DNA of 64,000 bases from Epiperipatus broadwayi (GCA_028023455.1 JAQFVV010000002.1:13330001-13394000), one strand, 5' to 3'. Shown: positions 27,771-43,555, counted from the stretch's first letter. Notes: generated from the sequence alone by a model not told the origin. Translations and numbers: made by a program.

Positions 27771-29824
27771 CACTCAGATGAAGATTTAACAGAGATTTTT
27801 TTTTTACACAGAAATATATTAGAAATAAATTTGTCTCTTATAATGAAATAATATACAGGCAGACAATTCTGGTATAGTAAAAGAACAGTTCACTTTTGTC
27901 TAACACAAAAATGAAGTGACTGATTCTGTTAGATCATTTTATATAGTTTTCAATTCTACTTCCAAAAAAAAAATCTTTAAACAAAAATTTTTGTATTAAG
28001 TAACATTAATTATGATGATTTCTAAAAGTAGGAGATGATCTTAATTGAAAATAACAGAAATAACAATTATTAACTAAAGAACTTTAGATGAAATTGTAGA
28101 AAACCTCAGTTTTGTAATTAAATCAAACAAAGATATGATGTTTCATTGTTGATACTTTATTGATTCTTTGATCTTCAAACATTTGAGGATCAAAGATAAA
28201 CATAAAAACTGGAGAATTCTTTTGTTATTTTATGTTTTTTGTTTTGTAATTTTTATTTGTAAATTGTAATAATGTTTTTTTTTTTTTAAAAAAAAATTGA
28301 AGTGATTAAAATAAGTCTCTTAATATACCCTAAATTATTCTAATCTAAAATTCTTATTTTTATTCAGAATTTTCATTTTACATGAAATGCCATTTTTATA
28401 ATGATGTAATGATCACAATAATTATTTTAGAGAAGACAATCACAACTACCTAAGTAAATAAGGATATAAAATCATTCAAGAATAATGTTCCATTGTTGCT
28501 ATTGTAAACTAATTAATTGATTGTTTTTATTATTATTTTAAAATGGTCTATTTTCTATATTCACTTCGATTATTCAAAAAATAGGTTCTGAACATGAACT
28601 CCACATTCTTCTTCAATTATACCTGTCTTGTTCTAACTTTCAAACATTCATATTTCCTTTAGATTATCAGATAACTTTTTCTTTTTTCCATTTGTTCCTT
28701 AATTGCCACAAACGTTTTCAATGTACCCTCTGCAATAGATCAATCTCTAAGTATATGATAAAAATAGTTACACTTCTATTTTATAATTTCTTCACTTTTG
28801 TCACATATTTATTTAAATATATTTTGTCTCTTCGTACTTTTCCATCTAATATAATCATTTAAAGTACATTTCGAATTTGGAAACTTTTCTTCTATTCAAA
28901 CCTTTTAAAGGATACTGGAAAATTATGAAAAAAAATATTGATAAATCTAAGTTTGCAATAAATTCATTACTTATGCCTAATATTAGTAATTTCTTTCACT
29001 ATTTCTTTTTAAACCAAAAACTTTTTTTGATAACACTGATGAGGTGATCTGTTTAAGGGTATTTATTGCATGACTGTCAAGATGGCGCAAGAATTGGACT
29101 TATTAAAGGAAATTATATAAAAGCTTTGATGTTTTTTATTCCTTAATAGTATAAGATTATGCCAAATTGTTTTTATATGGTTAACTTTTTTTTTATCTTA
29201 TTCATAAATTGCAAAATTGATTTCAATATACAAAAACAGTTTCTCTGTTGGAAGTCTTTAACTGCCTATTTATTTCAGTTTTACGTATCTTCTCAGAGAT
29301 ATGTGGTGGATTTGTCTATAAAGATTACCTAGGATAATATCTTGATTTCAAATTCTCAATTTTTTTTTTTTGTCTTTTAGGTTAATTAAAACCAATTAAT
29401 AATGTTATTATGATCACTTTGTCATTTTATAAACAATCATTTTCAATTATATATAATCTATTATGGTTTAAATAGATTTTTTTTTGATATCCATACTAAA
29501 TGTTTAAGAAAATTTTTACTATAGGTTTAGGTTTTTTCTCATATGTTTTTCATGATATGGTCTTTCCTCTCAAATTTAATAATTAATTTTTATTTTATTA
29601 CAAATGACTTTAATGTGCCACTGAAAAGTTGTATTTGCACTTTTATTATTTAAAATTTACATCTCTGATATAAATAATTATTAAAAAATGTATTGTCTTA
29701 CATCAGTGATTGTAATGTATCAGCTGTAATGGAGGCATATTTATAATTATATTCATATTGGTAAATATATTAAATAAAATAAAAAGAATTAATGAATGAC
29801 TTTATTGCTTCAAAATTATAATAA

Positions 29825-29900
29825 GTTTGAATGCCAGAATTGCAATTGGTCCAAGGATCTTACCCTTCAGAGTCTGACATTCTATTAATTGCGCTAAATC
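29825..29900 (-). mobile_element. Degenerate tRNA-like/SINE head
   Basis: Minus strand GCGATTTAGCGCAATT...TCAGACTCTGAA resembles a tRNA D-arm and anticodon arm; no intact T-arm. Confidence 0.25.
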
Positions 29901-30579
29901 GCACAGGGAAATTTATTAAATAGTGATCCATTAATGTTTATAAATATAAATAAATGGTAATCCACAATCGTATACAAAAAAGGTTCAGATTATTAGCTTG
30001 AATAATATAAAAGAATAAAGATGGATGCTAGATGGGGGATTGCAAATCCATTGGTTCTGAAGTAGATCATTAATTAGAAACTAGTCTGGGAATTTTGGAT
30101 ATAACACTTCCTTTAGTATAATTTATTATATATTGTTCTGGAATAGGATGAATTACTATCTTGACACATAATATCTCTTTTATAGGGCATATTAATACAA
30201 TTATGATTTTAATAGGATAATGGAAATTATTTTATATAATGGATTTTTTTTTTTAAATTTTAAATGTTTTTTATTTTTAAAATGTGAAATATTATACATA
30301 ACTATATTATAGAATGCCACATATTTTGTATGGTCTAAATATATACATATGTAAACTAATTATTTGCAAAAATTACAAATGCAATAAATCATAGCTTCTG
30401 TATATTATCTCAGTCTGTCTCTACTTTCAAATAACTTTTGATTAATCATTTGTTTTGTCTATAGATTAAATATTATATTTCTGTATTTGCTAAAACTAAT
30501 TTTTTTATTATTATTGTAAAAAAAAAAAAAAAATTTTTTTTGAAAGCAAATAACTAATTTTAAAATAATATGTTACTGA

Positions 30580-30693
<114 letters not shown>

Positions 30694-33600
30694 TGATTTT
30701 AAATTGTTATCAGTACACATTAATTTTATATTGCTTTGTGATATATGAAATTCATTGTCCTTGTTTCAAGTTTTTTTTCCAATTTTTTTTGATTTATAGA
30801 ATTTCCACTGATTAATAAGATTAACTTTCTCATGTGTCTAAAGTTATTATTACATCTAGTTAATTTTTAGATAAAATATTTTCAGTGAAAAATATAGCTG
30901 TAAAAATATTTACAAGAATTTTCTGAATAAAAAATTACTTTATGACAGGTCTTATTATAAAAGACAAGTCTTTAAATAAAGTTATTGTAGACCAAAAACC
31001 TGTCTCTGTACAGATAATAGTACAGTTTAATGAAATGCTGGATAATGAGGTTTACAATTTTGTTTTTTATTCTTTTCCTAAGAATATATAATACTTACTT
31101 ACAATATGAGTGGCTAATCAAATAGATTGAGAGTTGATTATTTGCAAAAAAAAATTCTACGCTTGCTTGGAACCTGAAAAAAAAACTTAATTTTTAGCCA
31201 GATTTAAACTAGTCATAGGCAAGGTTAATGAATCTTCTGACCACTACACAATGAGAAGCTTTATATATATTCCAACAAGTGTTAAACATTGTTATTAAAA
31301 TACTGTAAATTTAACAGAACAAACATTATGAGTTTTATATATATGAATAGTATATTGTGTGCTTTAAAAAGGTTAGGATTGTTCATCCAAGAAATATTTG
31401 AATTTTTTTTTATATTTATTTTAGTATTTCAATATTTAGAAATGTATCATTAAAATACATAAGATGGAAAAAATATTGGTTGAGACTTATTTAATATTGT
31501 AACGGTCAAGATTGTATAATTAGTCAACAAGACCAAAAGACTAAGCAGGGACTCTCAATCAGCAGGCACAGGGTTACTCCCATGCTCCTAATTTAAACAT
31601 CTACCTAGGCTTCCTAGCCTCAACCACCTAATTAACATCCTTGATGCCACACAGCTTCTCTTCTTCATACAGCATGACATAGCTCAGAGTTCGAACACAT
31701 ACTCGCTCTCAGGGTTTTTCATAACTTATGACATTACACTATGCGAGCACTTTTAAACCTTACATTAATCTGTTTATATTACCCTTGTTGGTAGGATTTA
31801 GGAGTTTAATCATTTCTCAAAGGTTCCAGAGCTAATATTATATCTATAAGATAGAAAACTAGTTGATGTACTTTTTTATAATTAAATGACTAAAATAAGT
31901 GACATATATAATAACTTATTAATAGTTCCGACTTGCAGTAAGGTTGCATGTGTAGTTAACAATAATGATATAAGTTTTATTATAAAATTGAAATAATGGA
32001 GAGAGTAGCTAACAAAATATTAGGTTGGGATGATCTACTGGCTTTTACATAGCATTATAGAAGGTGGTGGTGGCTTACAATAATGATGTGTATTCTATAT
32101 AGTTTAATTGGAAATATTATAATCTATCAGCCCATTCTAGGTTTGAACAAAACAGTTAATAACATATTTGTTTAATGGGACAACTTGTGATCTGAAAATC
32201 TAGGAATTGAGGTCGCAAAGAGTCTCTGGCTTCTGCAGGACCTAGACTGGCGCTAATGTATGGATTAGGAACCTGGGCATACTGTGTCTGGTCTGCCCTT
32301 ATGCAGTTTGTCCATATAATGCATGAACCATACAAAGAATACATGACGAAGTTGAATAATAATAATAATAATAAGACCATTGCCACACATATATGGAGGC
32401 AGGAATGCAAATATATATATATAAAGATAAACAAATTATTAAGCCTTCCACCCACATGAATAAGAATTATGAAACTTATATATAACCATAAGCATCCCCA
32501 GTTAACCATGTATGATTAATTTATGATAGAACCCGTTCACAATAACTATAGATATAATCTTAAACTTGAAAATTTAATAAAACAATCTCCTAAAATAGAC
32601 TGATAGCACAATCCATTATTCCTTAAATATAGCACAATCCATTATTCCTTAAATAGCTTATACATGGATCGTGGTTTTAATTTATATAGCTATTATATTG
32701 CATCGAGAAGCAATGCATTAGATATGTTGAGACAACTTTATTGATGTTAATTCTTACATATTAAAATCTTGAATTACAAATTTGCTGCATTTACAGGAGT
32801 TTTTATTAAAGAGAATCATTTTATCAAAAGAGACTTATTAATTGAATTGGCACTTAAAGTAACACTTTAAACAGAGTATATTATTTTATTATTAATATCT
32901 TTAATAAAATTTGTTTCTAACACATATATGGTTATCTTTATAGACGGCCACACAATAAACAACATATATAATTTATGTATTAATTGAATAGAAATATGCT
33001 CGCCTCCTTCCTTAACTCTATACACAATTCTAAGAATTTGATACATAACTTTCCTTGACATGATGGGGGGAATAATAGAAGAAACTAAGAAAATAATTTA
33101 TATACATCTTACTATTACTTTTAAAATTTAAGAGTTTTAAATTTGGCGTCTTCTCGGCTCACTTTATCCCTTGGGATTTTGAGAGCGGAGGAGCGTAAAC
33201 ACATTTAAGGGATGTAAATTTTACTCCTTCCATCATTCAAGGTAATATACATAAATAAAAATGCAAAATATAGATTTCTAATTTATTTAAATAATTAAAC
33301 CAGCAGATTTAACATTAATAAACATGATTAGATAATTTACAAGGTTAAGACTAGTTAATAAAGTGTGTTAAATAAAAATTGACTTACAGTTAAAACTTGG
33401 AATAAAATGAAAGCATTTTTACTAGTCATGAAATGATGACTTCAGGACTTCTTCTGCACAGATAAGTAGATAGGTTTAGGATCTTGGGACTGGCATGGAG
33501 ATGGTAGGACTTCACTGATGACCGCAGAGAAGCCGACGCCTGACTACTTCTTCACAGGTACTAGGTAGAATTTTCCGCTAGACAACGAATATGTCTGCTG

Positions 33601-34377
33601 TATTTTGAATTATTTGAGAATCAGAAATAAAATGAAGCTGAATAATATAGAATACTTTATCTATTTTTTTTTTTATTTTTTTTATTTTTTCCACATTATA
33701 TATCTGTATATCTCTAGAACAATGCCCTATTCCCTGCTTATGTATATTATTTTGTGCCTGGGGTTGTAACTCGTGAACTTTTTAAATGGATTTCAATATA
33801 ACTTCTCTAATTGCTGGTCATCTTAGTTTTTGCTTCCGCACCCCTTTCTGTTGCCACATAAGTTTCCTAATCTTTGTTTCTTACTTTCATTTAACACTTT
33901 AAAGTGTCTAAAGGTGTTCAACTGTAACTATTCCAGCTGATGGTATGTATAGGTAAAGAAATATGGCACTTACGCTTTCTTCCTTGATGGCTACCTACCC
34001 CTCTCCCATTGTATATAATATTTTAACATTTTTTTCTTAATTGATTCTACTTTTAACAGGATATACTTTTCTTAAAAATAAAATCGCATGATTTAAACAA
34101 TCAGCCTTTAACTTTACAAATGATGCAAGATTGTACACATACACACGCACATATTACTAATGTGTGCGGATATTAATGAATAAATTATATATATACGATA
34201 GGAGATAGGCTAATTTAAGTAAACATGAAACACGTATATCTGCATGTAGATATGCACCGCTTCAATACTTATGAATGGAAAACAAAAATAATTTTTATAA
34301 GTGTATGTATAGTTTTAAGTACTTTTTACAGTAAATTCTCTACATGTGTCAATAAACAGACATATTTATATATATAG

Positions 34378-34492
34378 ATAGATGATGAAGTAGAATGGAA
34401 GGTTCTGAAACCTCAGATTTTTGCTGCTATTATGGATTTTTTTGCTACTGGATTACCTGTTCTTACTGATGAACAGCCAGCAGCAGATACAG
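34378..34492 (+). CDS. NFU1: NFU1 exon 5
   Basis: [38 protein letters not shown]; TAG/GTACAA boundaries. Confidence 0.97.
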
Positions 34493-34548
34493 GTACAAAG
34501 TTTATTTTTAAATATTTGCTTATATTTACTAAAAAAATAAAAGAATAG

Positions 34549-34746
<198 letters not shown>

Positions 34747-37181
34747 TAAAAAAAAAAATTGATTATTCATTAAGAACTAGAAGACTGAAAAGTTAGATTG
34801 ATCATGTTCAAATTTTATAAGCATTTTTTTTTTTACAATTAACTTTTTATATTTTTTATTTTAAAAAAAAAATGTCAGACCATAAAACAATTGAGTTGTC
34901 ATGATATATCTAAAATTAATATTATTTTTCTTCTCAAATAGGCTATTTAGATCGATTTTGATGAATAAAAAATTTAAAAAAATATTTGTTTGACAGCATG
35001 TTGTTTAATAATATTGGTCATTTGTATTAATCCCTCTTTCTACTGATTCTTTGCAAAATAATCTTAACTGATTTTATTATATTTAATTTTATAATATAAA
35101 TTGTTGATATTTATCATTTTAACATTATTTTCATATTACTATTCCATTTATTAATAATGTTTATGTATCTGTTTCTTAGAAGTAAATTACTATTTTTTCA
35201 AACAACAAGTATTATATAGTTTAGATATTAATGTAACAGATAAAAGTAAACTTAGACATTTATGCTATAAATATGGAAACGTTAAATTTCATAAATTTTT
35301 TATATATAACTTTAAATTAATTTTACTGGTTAAATATGTCATTTTATTTACACCATTTTTTAAAAACATGGTGCATGAATTTTTAATTTTTTTTAAATAG
35401 TTGCATACATAGCTATCAACATTAATTTTTTGGGTCAATTTTTGAGAGAAACCTTTTTCAAAAATGTTGGAAAATATCAATTTACCCTATAATGCATTTC
35501 AATTGAACCAGTTACTTCAGGTGGTCCTTGCACCTATTATATTTCAAATATTTTTGTATGTATGACAACCTAAATATCTTTTAGAATTTGCTTTATATAT
35601 CTGTACAAATTACTGAGTGTTGTTCTTGCGAACAATAAATATTATATAGTTTAGAGATTAACAAAATTGACAAAATATACTTCAATGATCATATTATAAA
35701 CGTGAAATATTTTTTGAAAGAATGACACTTGTGGTTTAATACATGTAAATTTGTATCAGTATGTTATGGTATATTGATTTAAATTTTACTTCATTAAATA
35801 AATAGGCCTTTTCTTTGTTAAAAAAAAGGATGTTGAGTAAAGCTTAGCAAATGTCGTTTAATTTATATAATTAAAAGATATAGGAAATCCTGTACAATTT
35901 CTTTATTATTGTAAAATAAATAAATAATGTATTAAGGTCTATTAAATCTTGTAATAATAAAAAAAAAAAAGATTATAACATTTGGGGAGGGAGGATGAAG
36001 GTAAAAAAAAATTTCCTCTCTTTTTAGTTTCATTTTAAATATCTCTTACTGAGAATTTTAGAATTAATAAGCAGATATAATATTCTAAATATATTTTGGA
36101 GTATTTAACTTGTTTATATTTTTTGAAGGAAGGATATTTTTTTAATCTATAATAAATATTAATGTTAATTAAAAAGTAAAGAAAAACAAAAGAGTTAAAA
36201 ATCTAATGTATTTTTTTGTTGTTACCTGTTTGATTCACTTGTATCATGGATTGATTGGATATAAATAGAGACACTCATTTTTTCTTTTTCTTTTCTTTTG
36301 CTGCTGATTTGTTTGGGTGAGTTGAGAAACAAATTTTGTACCAGGACACAATTAAAAATCATTTAAGCAGCAAGTTACATTTCAATCACAGACGAAGTAT
36401 TATTGACCTTATTTATAATTTCTTGCGAATAAGAAGTTAAATTACAATATTAAAAAAAAAGGAAAATATTCACTATTTTATAGTAACCATAATAATGAAG
36501 GGCTAGAACTATTCTTTTAAGTGCAGTTGTATTGATTGTTATTAGAAAATGTGAACTTGCCATATAAAAACACATTAATATCAGTGTGGGTAAAGCCTGC
36601 CTAAAATGAGAAGATTTTAAGATAACCGCTAAAAAACTAACTTTGAAAATAAATGCTATAAAATCCAATACCATAATGATAACCAGATTGACAGACAAAT
36701 ACTTCTATTTATTTATTTTTATTGAATGTTAAATTAAGAAGAGTATAGACAAATAAATGTATTAAAAGAAATTTGAAAGCCACTCATATTAATATCTTCA
36801 AAAAACACACAATGAAACGACAGAAGCCTCTTTGAGATCCCTATTATTATTTGCTGATTTATAACTTAATCATATGTATGCACTTAAAACTAATAGATAT
36901 ATAAGAGTACATAAGTTTTTATTTCTTTTTGTTAATTTCATAATTGAGTTCAAAAGTAGAAAAAGATGAGATATTTATTTAATTTTTTTTTTGCACATAT
37001 ATTTGTGTGTGTGTATTATTTTATATGTCAGACAATGGATGGATCACTAAAAGTAAGGTTATTAAGGATGTAATATTTAGGCAATAATTCAATATTTTCA
37101 AGAAAATATTTACTTATTTGTTATTTATTTGAGATTTAAACTACATTTGTATTCATTTTTTTTTCTTTTCTTATTTTATTA

Positions 37182-40100
37182 GGTTGTCGTCGATGAGCAG
37201 ATATATCCCACTGGATGGCGCTGTTTTCACTCTAAAACACATAAAAATGCCGTTTCCGCGGCCGACACCTTCGAACCTGCATTTTCTATAATACAACTTT
37301 TTGTTGTGCTACAGATTGCAGGCCGCTATGTCGCGTCGCAGTACAGCATGTATGTTTTACGCAGCAAATACATTTTCCGAATTCGCACAGTTTATAAAAT
37401 GATTACGGCTTGGGGAGAGGGTGTGTTTTTTTGAATTGGATGGAATTGTTGTTTTCATTGGATTTTTTTTCTATTTTAAAGTATTGAAATGTTCAGATTT
37501 TGTAAAGTAATAATTAACAGACTTTTTACACCGTAGTGTATTGAAGTTTTAAGTAGTAAATGTTGACGAGATATATGTATAAAGTTATTTTGAATTAGGT
37601 AACGAGTCAAGTAACGTACTGTTCGTAACATTCCACGAGACATTTTAAGATTGTACCCGTGTGTATATTTTCGAAATAAAAAAAAAAGCATTAACACAAA
37701 AATATCCAGTAAGAAAAGTACAATTGTACACTGTTTTTTTAAATGTCATAAAAAGCATATATTATAAACATTTTATATTGTAACCATATATTTTAGTATA
37801 AAATATAATAATTGATGTAACTGGTATAAAAATTTCTCTGTCTTCTTTTGGTGATTTGATTTGCACTTTGAACAGATTACTCTCTTATATTCAAAATAAT
37901 TTATTAGAGAGAATGGGTAATATTTTGCCTTACTTGTTGTCTATATTATTTTAATAAATTTAAATTGCTTCTTTCCATATACTAATTCATATCAAAATGT
38001 TTAACTTTTTAAAAATTTTGACAACACATTAAATTTGGTAAAATATTATTAAAAATAATAATAATTTTTATTTGTTTAAAATGGTCTTAAAAATTATTTC
38101 CATTGAATTAAAAAAAACCATTTGTTCAACTAAATTTAATTATTAAAAATAAATACAGTAATTACGTATGCGTTTCAATGTAAAAAAGAAAGGAGCGCGA
38201 ATTAAAAAAAGATCGTCTGATAGTGTTGCTTTTGGAGGGAGAAAGAAAAGAAAATGGTAAAAGGCAAATGGTGTAAATATGATAAGCTTATTTTAAAATA
38301 GTTAACAAGTAAACGGATTACCACAAAGTTTTCTATAAACGTAAAAATAACATAGTGGTATTTAATAATAAGATGAATTGCTAAATTTAAAAGTCTGTTC
38401 AAGTCGACTAGCCAGGTGGATCAAATCGCCAATAATAATTTTCCAATATTACATTTGAAATATGTCGGAGCTTTCCAGTTTAAAAGCAGAATTAATTGCA
38501 AGATTTTGGTATGTTTTAAAATATTTATTATTCTACAATTTGGAAAAAATTAAATAAGGATTTTAATTACAGAAGTTTTATAAATATGAAAATTTGCTTT
38601 TTAAAAAAAGAAGAAGTTTAAATTAAAGTAAAATGTTAAAGTTATTAACATAGTTTAATATTTCCGCTTATAATTTTAATAAAAAAATATAGTATTGATT
38701 GATATTTAACTTTGCAATGCCAGTAATATATTTGCTAGTTAATTTGTTTACCATTTGGATAATAAAAACAGTCTTCAAATAATTAATCAAAGCTATTTTC
38801 TAATTTTATCGTCAGTTTGGAATGATTAAATTAATTGCTATAATTAGTATTCCTAGATTTAAGCGTGGATAAATAAATATTAGCATGGATGTGAAAAACT
38901 TGGAACAGTTTTAATAGAGAAATGTAGAAATTAATAACTTATGAAAAAATATTTTCATTTAAACTCTGCGTGTCATATTTTGGAATTGTTTCATGTTTAT
39001 GGAGCCACGTAAAATCGTTAATCTAATAGTGCTTATAATAACTAATACAAATGGATAAAATTACATGTATGGAATTCAACTATAATTGTAGCTATTACTT
39101 CGTATATTTATTGTTCGACACATCGTACATGGATTTCACGGATCATATTTGTAGTTATAAAATGCTATACAATTTAATTTGTGATACACACACCTGCTAG
39201 AATTCATGTATTGAACTATAAAATGCTATACATTTAATTTATATCACACACACACCTGTTAGATTTTATGTATTTGATGAATAATGCATTACTTTAATTT
39301 TATCGTTATATGAACTTGCATGTGAAGTTCATAAGTTATATTTTATTAATTTTAAATTAATAGGGGTTGAATAAAATACTTATTCAAGAGAATAGCACTT
39401 GCAAAAAGGCTTGAAAAGTACTAAATGAATTTATGAGATGTATCAATTTTTCATGAGGTATTTTGTGAGCCTTTCCAGATTTATATTCCTATACTAATAT
39501 TACTTATATTATATTACATATGTTTTATCTTAAGCAAGATAAGTTAGTACATTAGTTGTCCTGATTAGTGTAACATTTTATTATGCAAGAACCCACATTT
39601 GCTAAAATGTTAGTGTTTTCTGAATGGTCAGAATAACTGAGGAGGATGATTTTGCACTTTAATGTGAAGTAAATAGTAATGTTGTTTTATAATGTTAAAA
39701 GGCATTAATCTGTGCCGGTGGTTAATCCGCAGATTACTTAATTGCCATTTTTTGTATTTTACACTCATTCCTGCGCTGGTGGTTAATCCGCGGAATTGTG
39801 TAATTATACTTATTACTTTATGATGGTGTATAAATCCACAAAGCGTTTAGTGTTATTTAATTCCTATGTGTAGATGAATGCATCCACAGGAATATGGTTT
39901 TACTTCATAGATATAAGTTGGGCAAAGTATTTTAGTTATTCTGCTAAATCATCTTCTTCCATTTGTAAGTATAATTTATAAGTTAGATCATTAAATTGTA
40001 GCAGGACATCTCTATTCAAGTTACCTCATAATAATTAACTGTTGGTTGATTATTATTTACCTGAATGTAAGTTTAAATTTTCACTTTATTTAATGATTGC

Positions 40101-41916
40101 ATTATAGCTAAATCCTACAGATATAATATTATTTATTATATTATTATAAGTTTACGTGTATAGATTTATTGAATCTGGAAATGACATTAGATGTTTCATG
40201 AGTTGATGTTGAATTTAGTATAATTTCCTCAATACATTCATTATATCAAATTGAAATATAAGGTATGATTAGGTTTTTAAAAACCGTACCTATGATATGT
40301 TATTGAAGAAAGTCGATGGAATTATAATTTATTTATTTTATTTGTTTATTTATGTCTTTAATTATAACATTAGAATTAATTACTTATTATTCATAAATTT
40401 GTAAATAAACGTTGATTTATAATTAAACTTACTGTGCCGTTGCTATTTGTCATTCGTAAAATCAGAAATCATAAACCTTGGATAGAGCATACATTGAAGT
40501 ACATACTATCGTCAACATGATATAAGAGTTTAGTGATATTTTGAGAAAACATTTGGATGCTTTTCGTCTTTGGTAGTTTATGATGTGTAAGGTACAATAA
40601 AATCCCATTTACCTTTTCCATCATTTTAGCTTTGCGTAGTTGATTCTAGTATAAAATATAAATTAATTATTAAACTTGTAAACAGATTTACCAGATAATG
40701 ACATGATTGAATATATTTACTTAACGTTTTTAAATTGTCATTTGTCAGTATAATAAGAGTCTCAGTGATATAGTAAACTATAAAAAAAAGAACCCAAGTA
40801 TTTATGTTTATTTATTGCAAAGCTTTACCTGGACTAGCATTTGTATTAAAAATCATATAGATGGTTTAAAATTTCATAATCTTATGTAGTTCCACAAATT
40901 ATGCCATCTTGTACATGGTCGGCCATCGGGTCTCATACAATAAAATCGCAAATTAAGGTTTGAAAAATAATAACATTACACTTATAATTTGTTTAATGTA
41001 TTTTATCATACTACTATGATAGGTATTCACGGTACACCCTGACTGCGATCAAATTAAATCATAAAAAGTTTATGTCATATCATTGGTTTGGTCTGTGGTA
41101 AGTTGCTCCAGATGTGGGTTGTGGTCTTTGGGTCATAATATAAATAGCATGATATGCTTTTGGTTACAGCTCTTAATAGCTGACAATGTGCAGCGGGAAG
41201 TGATCGGTGATCGAGGTTACAATTCTTAGCGACTTATGTTTTGGTGATATTATGTAGTTGGGACAACAATCGAACGGTTACAATTTATATATATATATTT
41301 GTCGTTGTTTAAAAAAGTTTTAGTTTCTTTCTTTTTCTCCGACTACTGTTATTCTTTGTTGAATATAGTTTACGTTTATTGTTATCATTTATTTTATAGA
41401 TGTTAGTAAAAAAAAAAATTTACAAAAATACGATTTTGATATGTTTTATTTAACCGTAAGCAACCAAACAACCCTAACCTACCCAAAGCTAACCCTAATA
41501 CTAACCCTAAACTAACCCTAAACGTAACAAGTTTTACTTTTAGTTATCATTCTATTTGAAATAAAAACTAGCGGTAAACAACAAAAAAAAAAAGCCGTAA
41601 CCCCAGTAAAAAAAATCTCCGATAGAAAATTGATTTTTTCTAATAAAAAGAAAACTAAAAAAGACGAATCAAATTGTAATTTGTTTATTTTATTTTACAT
41701 TTATTATTATCATTTAATTTGTATACGTTAATAAAAAATAATATTTAAAATTAAGTAATATTTAAAAAAGACGATTTTCTTTTTGTTTTTATTTTCGCAT
41801 TACAAAAAAACACATCAAAATGATTATAATTAACGGCCCGTGAATGATCATATTTTATAATTTTAGCGTGATAACTGCGCCATCGAGTGGGATTTAGCAG
41901 CTATTTTACGAGAACC
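37182..41916. mobile_element. Non-autonomous TIR DNA transposon (Merlin- or MULE-like), 4.7 kb
   Basis: GGTT...AACC ends, about 80-bp imperfect TIRs (37182-37264 vs 41834-41916), perfect 8-bp TSD TTTTATTA (37174-37181 and 41917-41924); no transposase recognised. Confidence 0.7.
41470..41523. repeat. Degenerate telomere-like (TAACCC)n tract
   Basis: AACCCTAACCTACCCAAAGCTAACCCTAATACTAACCCTAAACTAACCCTAAAC. Confidence 0.7.
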
Positions 41917-43219
41917 TTTTATTAAATTAACAAACTCTCTAAAAATTATATAATATTTTTAAAACATGTAGGACTAGAAAATGTATATATCTTATGGTGC
42001 CAACTAATTCATTAGATTGTGTTTATTATATATATGCTTACATCATGCTAATAATTATTATATATTTTTAATATGTAGAACAAATTAGTAGTTGTGGAGG
42101 GACCGTACTACTGCCAGTAGACGGCGCTGCACCACCATCAACAACTGGCCCGAAGCGTGCAAATGATAAATTTATATACAAAAGTGGCTGAAAATTGACA
42201 AATAAAAATGCCTGAGGCAATATATATCCACGAAATACATCGAAAGTACGAATTATAAAAAAAACCCAAGAAAATGCTATAAAATTCAAATTAAAAAAAG
42301 AAAAATTGGTGAAAATATGACAAAGACATATGCCCCCCCCCCTAAAATCAAGAATTCTTTACTTGAATCTAAAAATAAAAATGCCTGAGGCAATATATAT
42401 CCAAAAAATACATCGAAAGTACAAATTATATATTAAAAAAAAACCAAGAAAATGTTATAAAATTCAAATTAAAAAAAACAGAAATCGGTCAAAATACACA
42501 AAATCTCCCCCCCCCGCCAACTAGCTAATTTCATCAAATTCTTCACTGAAATTGGCAATACAAATGCAACGAATCCATCAAAAATACAAATTTCAAAAAA
42601 AAAAACAAAGAAAATCCTATAAAATTCTAATTAAAAAAACAGAAATCTGTGAAAATCCACAAACTAAGAAACATGGCGGAGAGAGATTGGGAAATCCAAA
42701 AACATCAGATTATTTACCTTTCAACATTTGTAAATATGCATCTACGATCATAATCAAAAGCAATTAATTGTTCTCTGGCTTTCAAATTATGGCATATCTA
42801 AATTCAGCAATAATATTTAAATAATTAAAAAGGAATACACAAAAAATAATTATCAACGTAAAATCCACCCCTCCCCCCAAAGTAGCTGAAATTAACAAAT
42901 TAAGTCGATGGCGTAGATTTTCAAAAAATATACTAAATACTTAAAAAAGAAAATCTCAAATTATTTAGCTTTAAAGCAATTAATTGTTCTCTGGCTTTCA
43001 AATTATGGCATATCTAAATTAGCTTTAAACCAATTAATTGTTCGCTGGCTTTCAAATTATGGCATATCTAAATGTAGCAATAATATTTAAATAATTAAAA
43101 AGCAATTCACAAAAAATAATTACCAAAGTCCTTCCAATCATTTGTAGTAGGCACTTGAATGTGTTCCACATAAAAATCCATTATAAAGAACATTATTTTG
43201 ATTTAGAGTTCACATTTTA

Positions 43220-43555
43220 AATAGTAACAGAAGATTGAGTAATGGTGGTTATTTGGTGTGAAAAAATACAGCAAAGATGGAGAATTTTAAAGCTTTGAAT
43301 ACACTTGGATAGTAACAGAAGATTGAGTAACGGTGGTTATTTAGTGTGAAAAAATACAGCAAAGATGGCAGAATTTTGAAGCTTTAAACACACTTGAATA
43401 GTAACAGAAGATTATGTAACAATGGTTATTTGGTGTAAAAAAATATAGCAAAGATAGCAGAAGTTTGAAGCATTTTGGAACAGATTTTAACACTTAAATA
43501 GTAACAGGAGATTAAGTAATGGTGGTTACAGCAAAGATGGCAGAAATTAGCAGAT
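43220..43555. repeat. Tandem array of ~85-bp units (about 3.5 copies) inside the Merlin element
   Basis: ATAGTAACAGAAGATTGAGTAA...TACAGCAAAGATGG recurs near 43221, 43310, 43397 and 43499. Confidence 0.85.

Noticed and set aside
29030-29070. CTGATGAG motif (similar CTGATGA at 21223, 33515 and 59062)
   Set aside because: No helix II plus GAAA plus NUH arrangement; not hammerheads.
31498-33060. TGTAACGG ... TGACA stretch as another solo LTR
   Set aside because: No TSD and a heterogeneous interior; the ORFs at 32156-32509 and 32256-32459 look non-coding.
43220-43555. Regular repeats as a CRISPR-like array
   Set aside because: Eukaryotic context and full-length tandem units without unique spacers; a minisatellite inside Merlin.
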